NCBI GenBank assembly: GCA_021740125.1
Contig: JAIPAJ010000001.1
Span: forward strand, 13,017 to 77,016
Reading direction: 5' to 3'
DNA: 64,000 bases
Source of the DNA: Leadbetterella sp.
GTDB lineage: Bacteria > Bacteroidota > Bacteroidia > Cytophagales > Spirosomataceae
The position numbers and the translations under genes were made by a program. The notes under the pieces are model-generated. The model was not told the DNA's origin. It saw only the letters and a program-made list of their open reading frames with translations, and did no database searches. Positions 1 through 10,530 of the stretch are shown here, in pieces (within the stretch, counting starts at the first letter, position 1; the number at the start of each line of letters is the position of its first letter).

Positions 1-1
1 A

Positions 2-595
2 GTATACCCAAATCAAAGAGGGTCAGGAGGATATGGAAAGGATTTTCAGTTTTCAAACTATCGCGACTGGGGCACTGGTCCGCAAGAAGATGCATTGGGT
101 GCTTGTAATATTGCAGCCAAAGAATCTTGGGTAGACACCTCCAAGCAGGTCATTACTGGCGGGTCTTATGCTGGATATTTAACCGCTTGGATTGTGGCTC
201 ATGACCACCGATTCAAAGCCGCATTCGCTCAAAGGGGCGTGTATGACCTAACCACTTTTATGGGCGAAGGCAACGCTTGGAGACTTACACCAAACTACTT
301 CGGTTTGCCATGGGACGATGAAGCAAAAACTAAAATTGATGCCAATTCACCTTACACTTTTGTAGATAAAATAAAAACCCCCCTACTTATAAAACATGGA
401 GAAAACGACCTTAGAACAGGGGTAATTCAATCAGAAATGATGTTTAAAAGCCTTAAATATTTGGGGAAAGAGGTGGAGTATGTAAGGATGCCAGGAGGAA
501 CTCACGAACTTTCAAGAACAGGCAATGTGCGTCAGAGAATAGATAGGATATTGAGAATTTATGAATTTTTTGAGCGATACATTTCCGAGAAATAA
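2..595 (+). CDS. S9 (prolyl oligopeptidase family) serine peptidase, 5'-truncated by window edge
   Basis: Frame is open from base 2 (VYPNQRGSGGYG...). Nucleophile motif GGSYAG, catalytic Asp region HGENDLR and His in GGTH are present. Confidence 0.9.
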   Translation, partial: VYPNQRGSGGYGKDFQFSNYRDWGTGPQEDALGACNIAAKESWVDTSKQVITGGSYAGYLTAWIVAHDHRFKAAFAQRGVYDLTTFMGEGNAWRLTPNYFGLPWDDEAKTKIDANSPYTFVDKIKTPLLIKHGENDLRTGVIQSEMMFKSLKYLGKEVEYVRMPGGTHELSRTGNVRQRIDRILRIYEFFERYISEK

Positions 596-636
596 AAATT
601 GTGAATAATTAAATTTATTTATTAAATAATATTTTT

Positions 637-644
637 TATATTTG
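637..644 (+). promoter_or_regulatory. Bacteroidota sigma70 -7 element TATATTTG
   Basis: Matches TAnnTTTG and precedes a hairpin plus terminator unit (candidate sRNA). Confidence 0.5.
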
Positions 645-650
645 CAGTAT

Positions 651-751
651 AAGTGAGATTTAAAACATCACCCTTAATACTAAGGTGATTTATCATAGGT
701 TAAAGTATTTTCGTCTTGGAAAGGCATTTGGGTCTCCCGAATGTCTTTTTT
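651..751 (+). ncRNA. Candidate ~100-nt small RNA
   Basis: Promoter element at 637-644, hairpin ATCACC(C)TTA-ATAC-TAAGGTGAT at 667-689, intrinsic terminator at 720-751. No ORF, and the downstream gene has its own TAATTTTG at 788-795. Confidence 0.4.
720..751 (+). terminator. Intrinsic terminator
   Basis: AAAGGCATTTGGG-TCT-CCCGAATGTCTTT stem (with G:U pairs) followed by a T run. Confidence 0.65.
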
Positions 752-815
752 ATTGTACTTATACATTCATTTACAAGACTAAATTGTTAATTTTGTGTCC
801 AGATAATTGATAATT

Positions 816-1364
816 ATGAAGAAATACCTGCTATTCGTGTGTTTTCTTTGGACGCTTAGCTCATGTATGAGTAAGCTTAGTCCAGCTAAAGAGAGCAAAA
901 ATACCGAGAAAATTACAGAGTATTCTGAGGATTTGTCAGTGTTTAGACCAAAATACGAATCGACTAAACCCACAATCATAGAAAAATCGGAGTCGCCAAA
1001 AACGCCAAATGCCCCGTCAAAATCAACCTCTACCTTAAAAAATGAGAACGATGCGGTCGAGGCGATATTGGTTCATATAAAAGAAACCAACAAAAAACTT
1101 GCTGAAGGAAAAGGTTTTAGAATTCAAGTTTTTTCAGGAAATAATAAAGCTGATTTTGAATCAGCAAAAAGCTATTTGTATAGAAATTTCTCAGAACTTG
1201 AGCTCTATGAATCTTATAGCCAACCTACCTATAAAATAAAAGTTGGCGACTTTATAAGTGTCGATGAAGCATCAAGGTATCAATCAGATCTAAAAACGAA
1301 ATTCAGCACTGTAAGAATTATAAGCGACAAAATAAACGTAAAAAAAGCACTCGAAATTAAATGA
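816..1364 (+). CDS. SPOR-domain lipoprotein
   Basis: ATG at 816 gives [17 protein letters not shown] lipobox. C-terminal GFRIQVFSG...YKIKVGDF is a SPOR-type pattern. Confidence 0.75.
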   Translation: MKKYLLFVCFLWTLSSCMSKLSPAKESKNTEKITEYSEDLSVFRPKYESTKPTIIEKSESPKTPNAPSKSTSTLKNENDAVEAILVHIKETNKKLAEGKGFRIQVFSGNNKADFESAKSYLYRNFSELELYESYSQPTYKIKVGDFISVDEASRYQSDLKTKFSTVRIISDKINVKKALEIK

Positions 1365-2461
1365 AAAAAGCACTCATAACTGGTGTAACTGGTCAAGATG
1401 GAGCCTATTTGGCAGAATTTCTTCTTCAAAAAGGCTATGAAGTTCATGGTATAAAAAGAAGAGCGTCATTATTCAATACTGATCGTATCGATCACCTTTA
1501 TAAAGATTTACACGAAACAAACGTAAAGTTCATACTTCATTACGGAGACTTGAGCGATTCGACCAATATCATTAGAATCATACAAGAAGTAAAACCTGAC
1601 GAAATCTATAACCTCGGAGCAATGTCTCACGTAAAAGTGAGTTTCGACGAACCAGAATATACCGCAAACGTAGACGGAATTGGTACGCTAAGAATATTAG
1701 AGGCCGTGAGGCTTTTGGGTCTAACAGAATCCTGTAGAATATATCAAGCCTCTACTTCAGAACTTTACGGTTTAGTTCAGGAAGTACCTCAGTCAGAAAC
1801 TACCCCTTTTTACCCAAGATCACCCTATGCTGTAGCCAAATTGTATGGTTATTGGATTACGGTTAACTACCGCGAAGCTTACAATATGTACGCTTGCAAC
1901 GGTATTCTTTTTAACCACGAATCTCCGCTCAGGGGCGAAACTTTTGTAACAAGAAAAATAACAAGAGCTGTCTCTCAAATAGCTTTGGGACAGGAAGAAT
2001 GTTTATTTTTAGGAAATCTTGATGCAAAAAGAGACTGGGGTCATGCCAAAGATTATATTGAAGCGATGTGGTTGATACTGCAACAAGATGTTGCTGAAGA
2101 CTACGTAATTGCCACAGGAATAACGACTACCGTAAGAGATTTTGTAAAAATGGCTTTCGGAGAAGTGGGAATTTTAATAGAATTCAAAGGCTCTGAAGAC
2201 AAAGAAGAAGCATTTGTGGTAAGTTGTTCAAATCCAGAATTCCAATTGGAAATTGGCAAGAGAGTGCTCGCTGTTGATCCAAAATATTATAGACCAACCG
2301 AAGTGGAGCTACTCATAGGTGACCCCACAAAATCTAAGACAAAACTGGGATGGGTACCGAAATATGATTTGCCAGCATTGGTAAAAGAAATGGTTGCTGC
2401 AGATTTAGACTATTTTCAAAACCAACCCGTTTTCAATAAAGCGGGAATAAAAATTAGGTAA
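1361..2461 (+). CDS. gmd: GDP-mannose 4,6-dehydratase
   Basis: [55 protein letters not shown] motifs. Confidence 0.97.
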   Translation: MKKALITGVTGQDGAYLAEFLLQKGYEVHGIKRRASLFNTDRIDHLYKDLHETNVKFILHYGDLSDSTNIIRIIQEVKPDEIYNLGAMSHVKVSFDEPEYTANVDGIGTLRILEAVRLLGLTESCRIYQASTSELYGLVQEVPQSETTPFYPRSPYAVAKLYGYWITVNYREAYNMYACNGILFNHESPLRGETFVTRKITRAVSQIALGQEECLFLGNLDAKRDWGHAKDYIEAMWLILQQDVAEDYVIATGITTTVRDFVKMAFGEVGILIEFKGSEDKEEAFVVSCSNPEFQLEIGKRVLAVDPKYYRPTEVELLIGDPTKSKTKLGWVPKYDLPALVKEMVAADLDYFQNQPVFNKAGIKIR

Positions 2462-2498
2462 TCGAGGAGATTTTCAATAAAATATACGATTTAAAAAA

Positions 2499-3071
2499 AT
2501 GATTTATCCTATAGTAGCATACGGTGCCCCTGTATTAAGGAAAGTTTGTGTTGATATTCAGAAAGGAGAATTTGACGTCAAAAAAGTGTCTGATGACATG
2601 TTTGAAACTATGTATTCAGCGTCTGGCGTTGGTTTGGCCGGTCCACAAGTAGGTTTGGCTTACAGAATATTTGTGGTTGATGGTGAAATCATGAATAAAG
2701 GAGCAGAAACAGAAGAAGAAATAGATCAGTCTTTGATTGGCTTCAAAAAGACTTTTATCAATGCTCAAATTTTGGAAGAAAAAGGCGAAAAGTGGGCTTA
2801 TGAGGAAGGTTGCTTGAGTATTCCAGGCATCAGAGCTGATGTATACAGGCCTGACACACTCGTTATCAGATACTTAGATACTGATTTTGTTGAATACACC
2901 GAAGAGTATTCGGGATTGGCCGCACGGATAATTCAGCACGAATATGACCACATTGAAGGTGTTCTGTTCACAGACCATTTGGCTCCTCTGAAAAAGCAAA
3001 TGCTGAAGAAAAGACTCGGAAATATCCAAAAAGGAATAGTAGATGCCGACTATAGAATGAAATTTGCGTAA
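2499..3071 (+). CDS. def: Peptide deformylase
   Basis: GVGLAGPQVG, EGCLS and QHEYDH motifs. Confidence 0.97.
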   Translation: MIYPIVAYGAPVLRKVCVDIQKGEFDVKKVSDDMFETMYSASGVGLAGPQVGLAYRIFVVDGEIMNKGAETEEEIDQSLIGFKKTFINAQILEEKGEKWAYEEGCLSIPGIRADVYRPDTLVIRYLDTDFVEYTEEYSGLAARIIQHEYDHIEGVLFTDHLAPLKKQMLKKRLGNIQKGIVDADYRMKFA

Positions 3072-3077
3072 TTTACA

Positions 3078-3848
3078 ATGAATCAGATCCTCAATATTAG
3101 CCTGATTCAAACCAATTTAGTTTGGGAAAACCCCCAAGACAATTTTAAGAATTTCGAAGAAAAAATAAATAAGCTTAGAGATAGCCCCGATTTGATAATC
3201 TTACCTGAGATGTTCAATTCAGGGTTTTCTATGAATTTTTCAGAAAAAAGTCCATCGAAAAGTTTAGAATGGATGACAAATTTATCCAAACAAAAACAGT
3301 CGGCTATATACGGTTCCGTGGCAATTTCCGAAGGCGAGCATTGTTTTAATAGAGGTTGTTTTGTAAAGCCAAATGGCGAGCAAACTTTCTATGATAAAAA
3401 ACATTTGTTTAAATACGGAAAAGAGCACGAAACTTATACTCCAGGTTCTGAATCTGTCGCCGTTTCATACAAAAATTGGAAAATCAAACCTCTTATATGT
3501 TACGACCTGAGGTTTCCGGTTTGGAGTAGAAATACAGCTCCTTACTATGATTTGCTTATCTATGTGGCGTCGTGGCCTATGGCTCGTGTAGAGGCATGGA
3601 AAACGCTTTTAAAAGCCCGGGCAATCGAAAACCAATGCTATGTGGTAGGGGTTAACAGACTGGGGCAAGACGGCAACGAACTTTCATATAATGGGCAGTC
3701 ACTCGTTATTGATTATGCTGGCGAAATCTTATGTGATTCAAAAGAAGATGATGCCCTATTTTCGACAACCTTATCGCTAGAAAACCTCCAAACCTTCAGA
3801 TCGAAATTCCCTTTTTTAGCAGATGCCGACCCATTTATGCTGAAATAA
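3078..3848 (+). CDS. Nitrilase-family amidohydrolase (omega-amidase YafV-like)
   Basis: LPEMF (Glu), YDKKHLF (Lys), ICYDLRFP (Cys) catalytic triad and ARAIENQ. Confidence 0.9.
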   Translation: MNQILNISLIQTNLVWENPQDNFKNFEEKINKLRDSPDLIILPEMFNSGFSMNFSEKSPSKSLEWMTNLSKQKQSAIYGSVAISEGEHCFNRGCFVKPNGEQTFYDKKHLFKYGKEHETYTPGSESVAVSYKNWKIKPLICYDLRFPVWSRNTAPYYDLLIYVASWPMARVEAWKTLLKARAIENQCYVVGVNRLGQDGNELSYNGQSLVIDYAGEILCDSKEDDALFSTTLSLENLQTFRSKFPFLADADPFMLK

Positions 3849-3972
3849 AATAGCAATTTTTGGCATTAGAAATGGTCTGACGTTTAGATTATAAACATTT
3901 TTTATTATTATTGCTTTTCGAAAAAGAACCTTTAAAAATTTATAATATAAACCGTTAACTAGTCTATAGCCT

Positions 3973-4974
3973 TTGAAGATATTTTTACTACTTATTATAA
4001 TTTTATTTAGCCTAACACACACAAAAGCTCAAAATATTTCAGTCGATATTTTGCAGCAAGGTGATTCTTTTGCTGATTCTTCTTATTATGACATCATAAA
4101 AGTAGAAAACAAGTATTGGATTGCCGGGAAGTATGGTATTTTAAAATCAATAGACACAGACGGTAAAATAGAAAATATTGGATATCCTTCTGAAGGTTTG
4201 GATATTTATAAACTCGAAAACTTAGATAATGAAACAGTGCTGGCAAGTGGAGATAAAGGCACGCTGTACATCCATAGCCTAAAAACCAAAACTTGGAAGA
4301 CTATCAAGCTTAAAAACTACGAAAATGCCTGTTTTTATAACCTAGCAGTTGACTCACAAAAAAACATTTATTTGAGTGGTGGAAATTCCAAAATAGCTCA
4401 TTCTGGAAAAAGTATTCCAAATGGTTTCGTTTTAGTATCGTCCGATATGGGAAATACTTGGAGACAAATTTACAGAAACACATTCAACATGGTCTGGTGC
4501 GTAAAAAACAATCCTTACAATAATAAAATATATGCATTGATGTATTCTCCCAACCGCACCAACCTAATGGTTTATGAAAATAAGCATTGGGTGAAAAAAC
4601 AAAAACTTGGAAACAGTATTTATCACGAAGTACAATTTGAAGGAGAAAATCAATTTGTTGCGACTGGTGGGTGGATTGGAAAAAGGGGCAGAATTCATAG
4701 TACAAATCACAAAAAGGTCTTTAATGATGCTGGATTACTTTGGAGTAGGATAAAAAACGAAAAATATACGCTTTTTACAGGATGTAACGGCAATATAGTT
4801 TTAGAAACTTCTAATCATAAGACAATGGTTCATCATACAGATCTCAACAAACCTTTTAGTCTTTATGAAGCCATATTTATTGACCAATCAACCGCATTTG
4901 CAATTGGCTCTGGACGCACATTGCTGAAGATTTCTATCACTGAAAATCCAAAATTTCAGGCAAAAAATAACTAA
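3973..4974 (+). CDS. Secreted beta-propeller protein with BNR/Asp-box (Ycf48-like), function unknown
   Basis: Signal peptide, SSDMGNTW Asp-box and repeated G..G strand-turn motifs. TTG start. Confidence 0.6.
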   Translation: MKIFLLLIIILFSLTHTKAQNISVDILQQGDSFADSSYYDIIKVENKYWIAGKYGILKSIDTDGKIENIGYPSEGLDIYKLENLDNETVLASGDKGTLYIHSLKTKTWKTIKLKNYENACFYNLAVDSQKNIYLSGGNSKIAHSGKSIPNGFVLVSSDMGNTWRQIYRNTFNMVWCVKNNPYNNKIYALMYSPNRTNLMVYENKHWVKKQKLGNSIYHEVQFEGENQFVATGGWIGKRGRIHSTNHKKVFNDAGLLWSRIKNEKYTLFTGCNGNIVLETSNHKTMVHHTDLNKPFSLYEAIFIDQSTAFAIGSGRTLLKISITENPKFQAKNN

Positions 4975-5123
4975 GATTTTGGATTAAAAAAGCTCCAGGC
5001 TTTTCTTCTCTTTTCTTTCCTATAAAATAGACTTATTCTTATTTTGGTTATAACTTCCGTGCTATACCTAACAAAAATGTCGCAAATCTTTTTATAATAC
5101 GTTGATATTTGATAAATTTTTCA

Positions 5124-5131
5124 TAGCTTTG
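5124..5131 (+). promoter_or_regulatory. sigma70 -7 element of guaB (TAGCTTTG)
   Basis: TAnnTTTG with TTG 19 nt upstream, about 33 nt before the ATG. Confidence 0.55.
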
Positions 5132-5164
5132 CATGGCAAATAATAAAACTGAATTATTTGCCAT

Positions 5165-6634
5165 ATGTTAGACTCATCAAAGCTTCTTTTTGAAGCACTT
5201 ACCTACGACGACGTACTCCTTGTTCCTGGCTATTCTGAGGTGCTTCCAAAAGACACCATCACCAGAACTAAGCTCACAAAAAACCTCGAAATAAATATTC
5301 CATTGATCTCTGCCGCAATGGACACCGTTACCGAACACGAAATGGCTATAGCTATAGCACAAGAAGGAGGCATTGGGATTATTCACAAAAACATGAGCAT
5401 ACAACAGCAAGCCGATCAAGTCAGGCGTGTAAAACGCTCAGAAAGTGGCATGATAAGCGACCCAATCACACTTAATATCAATGCCGTTGTGGGCGATGCT
5501 TTGAAAATCATGCGAGAATTCAAAGTTGGTGGAATTCCAGTAATCGACGAAAACGAAACATTAAAAGGAATTGTAACCAACCGTGACTTGAGATTTCAAA
5601 CAGATATGAGTTTGCCCATAATTGAAATCATGACCATCAATAACTTGGTAACGGCCAATGAAGGAATCAGCCTTGAAGATGCAGAAAATATATTGATGCA
5701 TAAGAAAATCGAGAAACTTCCGATAATTGATGCAAACCACAAATTGGTGGGATTGATCACCTACAAAGATATTCTTAAAAAGAAAAACAAACCAAACGCT
5801 GCCAAAGACAAAAGAGGTAGATTGTTGGCGGGTGCAGCTGTTGGTGTAACCTCAGACCTAGAAGAAAGGGTATCTGCTCTAGTAAAAGCAGGAGTTGATG
5901 TTGTAAGTATTGATACCGCTCACGGACACTCAAAGGGTGTTATAGACGCACTTAAAAGCATAAAAGCTAAGTTTCCAAATTTAGAAGTAATATGTGGCAA
6001 TGTAGCGACTGGTGAGGCTGCCAAAGCACTTGCAGATGCAGGTGCCGACGGCGTGAAAGTAGGCGTTGGCCCTGGAAGTATCTGCACAACGCGGATTATT
6101 GCAGGTATCGGAATGCCTCAACTATCAGCCGTTTATCTTTGTGCCAAAGCACTTGAAGGCACTGGCGTACCTGTGATAGCCGATGGAGGAATAAGGTTCT
6201 CAGGTGATATAGTGAAGGCCATAGCTGCGGGTGCTGGCACAATAATGATGGGCTCCATGTTTGCTGGAACAGAAGAATCTCCTGGCGAAATAGTGATTTT
6301 TGAAGGCAGAAAATTTAAATCATACCGTGGAATGGGTTCTGTTGAAGCTATGGAAGACGGTTCAAAAGATCGCTATTTCCAAGATGCTACTGACGATGTA
6401 AAGAAATTGGTCCCTGAAGGAATTGTAGGTCGAGTGCCTTTCAAGGGTTTGGTAAGAGAAATAATTTACCAAATGACCGGAGGTTTAAAGGCAGGTATGG
6501 GCTATTGTGGAGCTGCAAATATAGCTGCTTTGCAAGAGGCCAAATTTGTAAAAATCACCTCCTCCGGAATGAAAGAATCTCATCCTCACGATATTCAAAT
6601 TACGAAAGAAGCCCCAAATTATTCTACAAGATAA
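5165..6634 (+). CDS. guaB: IMP dehydrogenase
   Basis: [24 protein letters not shown] pair, [13 protein letters not shown] and YRGMGS. Confidence 0.98.
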   Translation: MLDSSKLLFEALTYDDVLLVPGYSEVLPKDTITRTKLTKNLEINIPLISAAMDTVTEHEMAIAIAQEGGIGIIHKNMSIQQQADQVRRVKRSESGMISDPITLNINAVVGDALKIMREFKVGGIPVIDENETLKGIVTNRDLRFQTDMSLPIIEIMTINNLVTANEGISLEDAENILMHKKIEKLPIIDANHKLVGLITYKDILKKKNKPNAAKDKRGRLLAGAAVGVTSDLEERVSALVKAGVDVVSIDTAHGHSKGVIDALKSIKAKFPNLEVICGNVATGEAAKALADAGADGVKVGVGPGSICTTRIIAGIGMPQLSAVYLCAKALEGTGVPVIADGGIRFSGDIVKAIAAGAGTIMMGSMFAGTEESPGEIVIFEGRKFKSYRGMGSVEAMEDGSKDRYFQDATDDVKKLVPEGIVGRVPFKGLVREIIYQMTGGLKAGMGYCGAANIAALQEAKFVKITSSGMKESHPHDIQITKEAPNYSTR

Positions 6635-6636
6635 TA

Positions 6637-6681
6637 AAAACAATAACCCCAATATCTACTAAAAATTGGGGTTATTGTTTT
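6637..6681. terminator. Bidirectional terminator between guaB and the SCP2 gene
   Basis: 17-bp perfect inverted repeat AAAACAATAACCCCAAT / ATTGGGGTTATTGTTTT between convergent genes. Confidence 0.8.
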
Positions 6682-6692
6682 AACAATGTCAA

Positions 6693-7001
6693 CTACATCA
6701 AACCAAGAAGTTTGGCGTATTTCATCATAGCGGCAGGATTCGATATTTTTATTTTTCCCATCATCATTGCCATCATTGGATTGGTGTCTCCATTGATTAT
6801 CGACAACAAATCTTCCTCCTTTGCTGTGATGCTAACTTCTGCTTCATCAGCAAGTCCCTCATTGGCTGTAAGCGTTCCATCTTTTACTACCAAATGCATT
6901 TCTTTACCTTTCAAATCAAAATTGATTTTGGTAGAAACCCCTTCCAAATCGGCCGGATTTATCTTAGTAGTTAATTTCTCGAAATAATCGTTAATGGTCA
7001 T
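6693..7001 (-). CDS. SCP2 sterol/lipid-binding domain protein
   Basis: Probable start ATG at 7001 (MTIND). INGDTNPMMAMMMGKIKIS is the SCP2 signature. Confidence 0.8.
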   Translation of the reverse strand: MTINDYFEKLTTKINPADLEGVSTKINFDLKGKEMHLVVKDGTLTANEGLADEAEVSITAKEEDLLSIINGDTNPMMAMMMGKIKISNPAAMMKYAKLLGLM

Positions 7002-7310
7002 TTTTGTAAATGTATTATTTAATACAATATTATGCAAGCATACCTTATTTTCGAAACTTTAGTACAAATTAATTAAAAAAAAAGTCTTATTTGATAAATA
7101 AAATATCCTCTTTATTAAATAGAAAAAAAAGAAAAATCACCATAACTATTTGCTATTCAAGGCATAAACATACCTTTAACAAGTATTGCCCACCAGATGA
7201 ATAACTATTAAAAATAAACACTTAATTTTGTAAGGCTTCCTGAAAGAACAATCAAAGCTATGAGCTGATTTTCAAACTCGAAGTTACTTTTTTTAAAAAA
7301 TTGGTCAAAA

Positions 7311-7913
7311 TTGAAGAATTCAAGATTACATCATCTTAAAGACGAAGAATTAGTCGCCCTTTATGTTGAGACCCAACGTAACCTTTATTTCGAGGAGATT
7401 TACGAAAGGTATGCCAACAAAGTTTACAGAAAGTGTTACTCTTTTGTATATAATCAAGCAAAGGCGGAGGATTTTACGCACGATATTTTCTTAAAATTGA
7501 TTGTAAAAATCGGCACTTTTAAAGAAACTTCTAAATTTTCAACTTGGCTTTATTCGATAACTTACAATTATTGTATGGATCAAATAAGGGTAAGCAAGAA
7601 AAACATCGAAGTAGCCTTAGAAGGAAATCATGACATAATCGATGAAGGCGATGACGACGACCTCATGAACATGCATGAGCATCAACTAGGAAAAAGTTTG
7701 GAAAAAATTCCTAGCGATGAAAAAGCATTGATTTTGATGAAATACCAGGATGATTTTAGCATCAAAGAAATAGCGGATACCCTGAATATCACTGAAAGTG
7801 CCGTAAAAATGAGGCTATTGCGAAGCAAAGAAAAACTCAGGAAAATCTACCTTGAAAACTTAGTGGTTTTCGCATTAATAATTTTAAAGTTGGTCTTTTT
7901 CTGGAAAAAATAA
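7311..7913 (+). CDS. ECF sigma factor (SigX-like) with C-terminal hydrophobic tail
   Basis: Region 2 AEDFTHDIFLKL...SKFSTWLYSITYN and region 4 SIKEIADTLNITESAVKMRLLR. Tail LVVFALIILKLVFFWKK. Confidence 0.9.
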   Translation: MKNSRLHHLKDEELVALYVETQRNLYFEEIYERYANKVYRKCYSFVYNQAKAEDFTHDIFLKLIVKIGTFKETSKFSTWLYSITYNYCMDQIRVSKKNIEVALEGNHDIIDEGDDDDLMNMHEHQLGKSLEKIPSDEKALILMKYQDDFSIKEIADTLNITESAVKMRLLRSKEKLRKIYLENLVVFALIILKLVFFWKK

Positions 7914-7918
7914 AAACA

Positions 7919-8101
7919 ATGGAAGACTTTGATGATGATGATTTAAAAGCTCCAGAAGCCCTAAAAGATATGCTAATATCTGAAATAGAGCTCATCAGAG
8001 AAACCATGGTAATCGTCAATATGTTTTTAGGCGAACCTATGAAATCAGCAGTAAATTATTTACAAGAATTCGAACCAAAAAAAACAACAGAAAATGAATA
8101 A
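7919..8101 (+). CDS. Small acidic hypothetical protein (candidate anti-sigma/CfrX analogue)
   Basis: 60 aa, starts 5 nt after the sigma stop and overlaps the next gene by 8 nt. Confidence 0.6.
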   Translation: MEDFDDDDLKAPEALKDMLISEIELIRETMVIVNMFLGEPMKSAVNYLQEFEPKKTTENE

Positions 8102-8921
8102 ACTTCCCAATCTGAAAGAAATCCTAATAGATACATTTTCAAAACTAATTGACCAATTCAGCACTTTCACTTCAAATTTCATCAGTGCAATAGTTATTTT
8201 ACTCATAGGCTGGATAATAGCAAAAACTGCCTCTATCGTGATAAAAAACGTACTTTCTAGAATTGGGGTTGACAAAATAGGTGACAAAATAAAAGACATT
8301 GAAGCCATCAAGAAATTCAATCTAGATTTCAAATTGAGCAATATTGTTGCTTGGATTGTCTACGTTTTCATAATGCTATTCTTGTCAGTATCCGCTGCTG
8401 ATAAGCTTGGCGTACCAGCCATCTCAAACATGTTTTTGATGTTGGTTAACTTCATTCCAAAAGTGATTGTAGCAGGTGTAATGACCTTAATTGGACTGTT
8501 CCTATCAGATGTCGCACGAAATTTCGTCGTGGCACTGTGCAAATCATTTAACATAGCCTCAGGAAAGCTTATCGGTATGGGTATTTTCTTTTTTCTATTG
8601 TTTATTACAGTCATATTGGCTTTGGGCCAGGCAGGAATAAACACTGCTCTATTGGAGTCAAGTTTTAACATCATTGTAGGAGGAATGGTCCTAGCTTTTT
8701 CTATCGGATATGGCTTGGCTTCCAAAGATATTCTTTTAAATATCTTAAGCTCATTTTATTCCAAAAACAAGTATGTGGAAGGTCAAATAATAGAAATATT
8801 AGATGTAAAAGGTAAAATTCTAAAAATTGACAATACAAGTATTGTCATAGAAACAGCAGGTGGGCAAACAATTTTCCCACTAAAAGTTCTTCAATCAGAA
8901 AAAGTGACTTTATTCAATTAA
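8094..8921 (+). CDS. CmpX-like small mechanosensitive channel family membrane protein (TM_helix repeats)
   Basis: Two P/N-x-x-I-x-A-I-x-I-L-x-I-G TM-helix repeats, GYGLASKDILLNILS and a short MscS beta domain (GQIIEILDVKGKI). Confidence 0.8.
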   Translation: MNKLPNLKEILIDTFSKLIDQFSTFTSNFISAIVILLIGWIIAKTASIVIKNVLSRIGVDKIGDKIKDIEAIKKFNLDFKLSNIVAWIVYVFIMLFLSVSAADKLGVPAISNMFLMLVNFIPKVIVAGVMTLIGLFLSDVARNFVVALCKSFNIASGKLIGMGIFFFLLFITVILALGQAGINTALLESSFNIIVGGMVLAFSIGYGLASKDILLNILSSFYSKNKYVEGQIIEILDVKGKILKIDNTSIVIETAGGQTIFPLKVLQSEKVTLFN

Positions 8922-8957
8922 TTCAGTCGAAAATGGCAAGTTAACCAAACATATACA

Positions 8958-9935
8958 ATGAAAAAACTTGTACTATTCGTATTTTCCAATCTCGTAGCAG
9001 CCAGTTTATTTTCTCAAAAACCAGAGAAACCAATATTAAAAAACATCGAAGATTCGCTTAAATACGGCTATTGGACAAAAGGAACGCAGCTTGGAGCAAA
9101 TTTAAGCGGTTCAGCTTTTAGCCAATCTTGGCAAGGAGGTGGTGTTAATAACCTTGGCATGGGAGCTGTTTTCAACAACAAAGCCCAGTATTTTCGTGGA
9201 AAAGGCGTCTTCACGAATGACTTACAACTTCAATTGGGTTTTTTGAATAACCTTCCAAAAGTTAACGGAAAGGTAGAAAGAGAGTTTAGAAAAAACTTAG
9301 ACCGTTTGTTTTTAGATGCTAAATATGCTAGAAAAATTAACCCAAAACTTAACTGGTACGCAGGATTAAATCTTCTCTCACAATTTATCAGAGGTAATGA
9401 CTACGCCAATACTAGTAAACCTGTGATTTCTAATCTATTTGCACCTGCATTTTTGTCAGAAGGCTTGGGTTTAGAATATAAAGCAACACCACATTTGATG
9501 CTATCTTTTGGTGGTGCCACATTGCGTCAAACTTTTGTGCTGAATGATGAGGTCTTTGAAAATACCAAGAAGGCAGGAAAGAATAAAGCGGGCAAAGATA
9601 CATTTTTCTCTTATGGTGTTGAAAAAGGAAAAAAAATGTTATTTGAAGCAGGATTTCAAGGTGTGGCAGCGTATGATAAAAACATCACTAAAAATTTGAA
9701 TATAAAAGGCAGATGGCAATCATTTTATGCTTATGCTCCAGTATCAAAAGCCGTAGACCACAATGTTAACCTCATAGCAACTGCCAAACTAAACAAATAT
9801 GTTAATGTCAATTTTGGATTGATAGGGATTTTCGACAGAGATCAGGTATCAAAAGCAGAAGTTGATGCTAATAAATTCAATAGCACTTGGCAGCTAAATG
9901 GAGGAGCTAATTTAGGCTTCGGAATTCAGTTATAA
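8958..9935 (+). CDS. DUF3078-type outer-membrane beta-barrel protein
   Basis: Signal peptide, W..G..LGANLS..AFSQSWQGGG, RKNLDRL and LFAPAFL motifs. Confidence 0.7.
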   Translation: MKKLVLFVFSNLVAASLFSQKPEKPILKNIEDSLKYGYWTKGTQLGANLSGSAFSQSWQGGGVNNLGMGAVFNNKAQYFRGKGVFTNDLQLQLGFLNNLPKVNGKVEREFRKNLDRLFLDAKYARKINPKLNWYAGLNLLSQFIRGNDYANTSKPVISNLFAPAFLSEGLGLEYKATPHLMLSFGGATLRQTFVLNDEVFENTKKAGKNKAGKDTFFSYGVEKGKKMLFEAGFQGVAAYDKNITKNLNIKGRWQSFYAYAPVSKAVDHNVNLIATAKLNKYVNVNFGLIGIFDRDQVSKAEVDANKFNSTWQLNGGANLGFGIQL

Positions 9936-9963
9936 CCTATTTTTCACTAAAAATAATATAGAA

Positions 9964-10362
9964 ATGATAAAAGAATTTAAGAATTTTATAATGACAGGCA
10001 ATGTGATTGACCTCGCAGTCGGTGTCATTTTAGGAGCGGCCATTGGTGCGGTTGTAAACGGTTTCGTAGCGGATATAGCCATGCCATTCATCGGGCATTT
10101 TACAGGTGGTGTTGACTTTTCAGAACTAAAATATGTTTTAGATGAGGCTGTAATTGGCACAGACGGAGCAATAGTAACACCTGAAAATGCCATAAAATTT
10201 GGTTCTTGGATCAATACAATTATCCAATTAATAGCAGTGGGTTTTGTATTATTTTTAATTGTGAAAGTTTACAATAAAACTAAGAAAGCGGTTGAAGCAG
10301 CTCCAGCTGGTCCATCAGAAATAGATCTACTCACTGAAATTAGAGATGCTCTAAAAAAATAA
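9964..10362 (+). CDS. mscL: Large-conductance mechanosensitive channel
   Basis: EFKNFIMTGNVIDLAVGVILG and LLTEIRDAL. Confidence 0.97.
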   Translation: MIKEFKNFIMTGNVIDLAVGVILGAAIGAVVNGFVADIAMPFIGHFTGGVDFSELKYVLDEAVIGTDGAIVTPENAIKFGSWINTIIQLIAVGFVLFLIVKVYNKTKKAVEAAPAGPSEIDLLTEIRDALKK

Positions 10363-10381
10363 AACTCAGTAGAGATTTATT

Positions 10382-10416
10382 AAAAAGGGGAAATCAAGCG
10401 AGATTTCCCCTTTTTT
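10382..10416 (+). terminator. Intrinsic terminator after mscL
   Basis: AAAAAGGGGAAATC-loop-GATTTCCCCTTTTTT. Confidence 0.85.
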
Positions 10417-10530
10417 GTTTTCGATTCATTATATTTTAGAAAAATTGCTAATTTTTTCAGAATTAATAATTTATTTTTGTTTTGAAAACATTTAGTTTTC
10501 TACGTGCTAATAATATAAAATTCTATTTCG

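Noticed and set aside
1361-2461. gmd without adjacent fcl as a novel pathway
   Set aside because: Dispersed gmd and fcl genes are unremarkable, and nothing in the sequence links it to the EPS locus.
6505-6987. 160-aa plus-strand ORF overlapping the guaB end
   Set aside because: It is the antisense shadow of the SCP2 gene and crosses a terminator.
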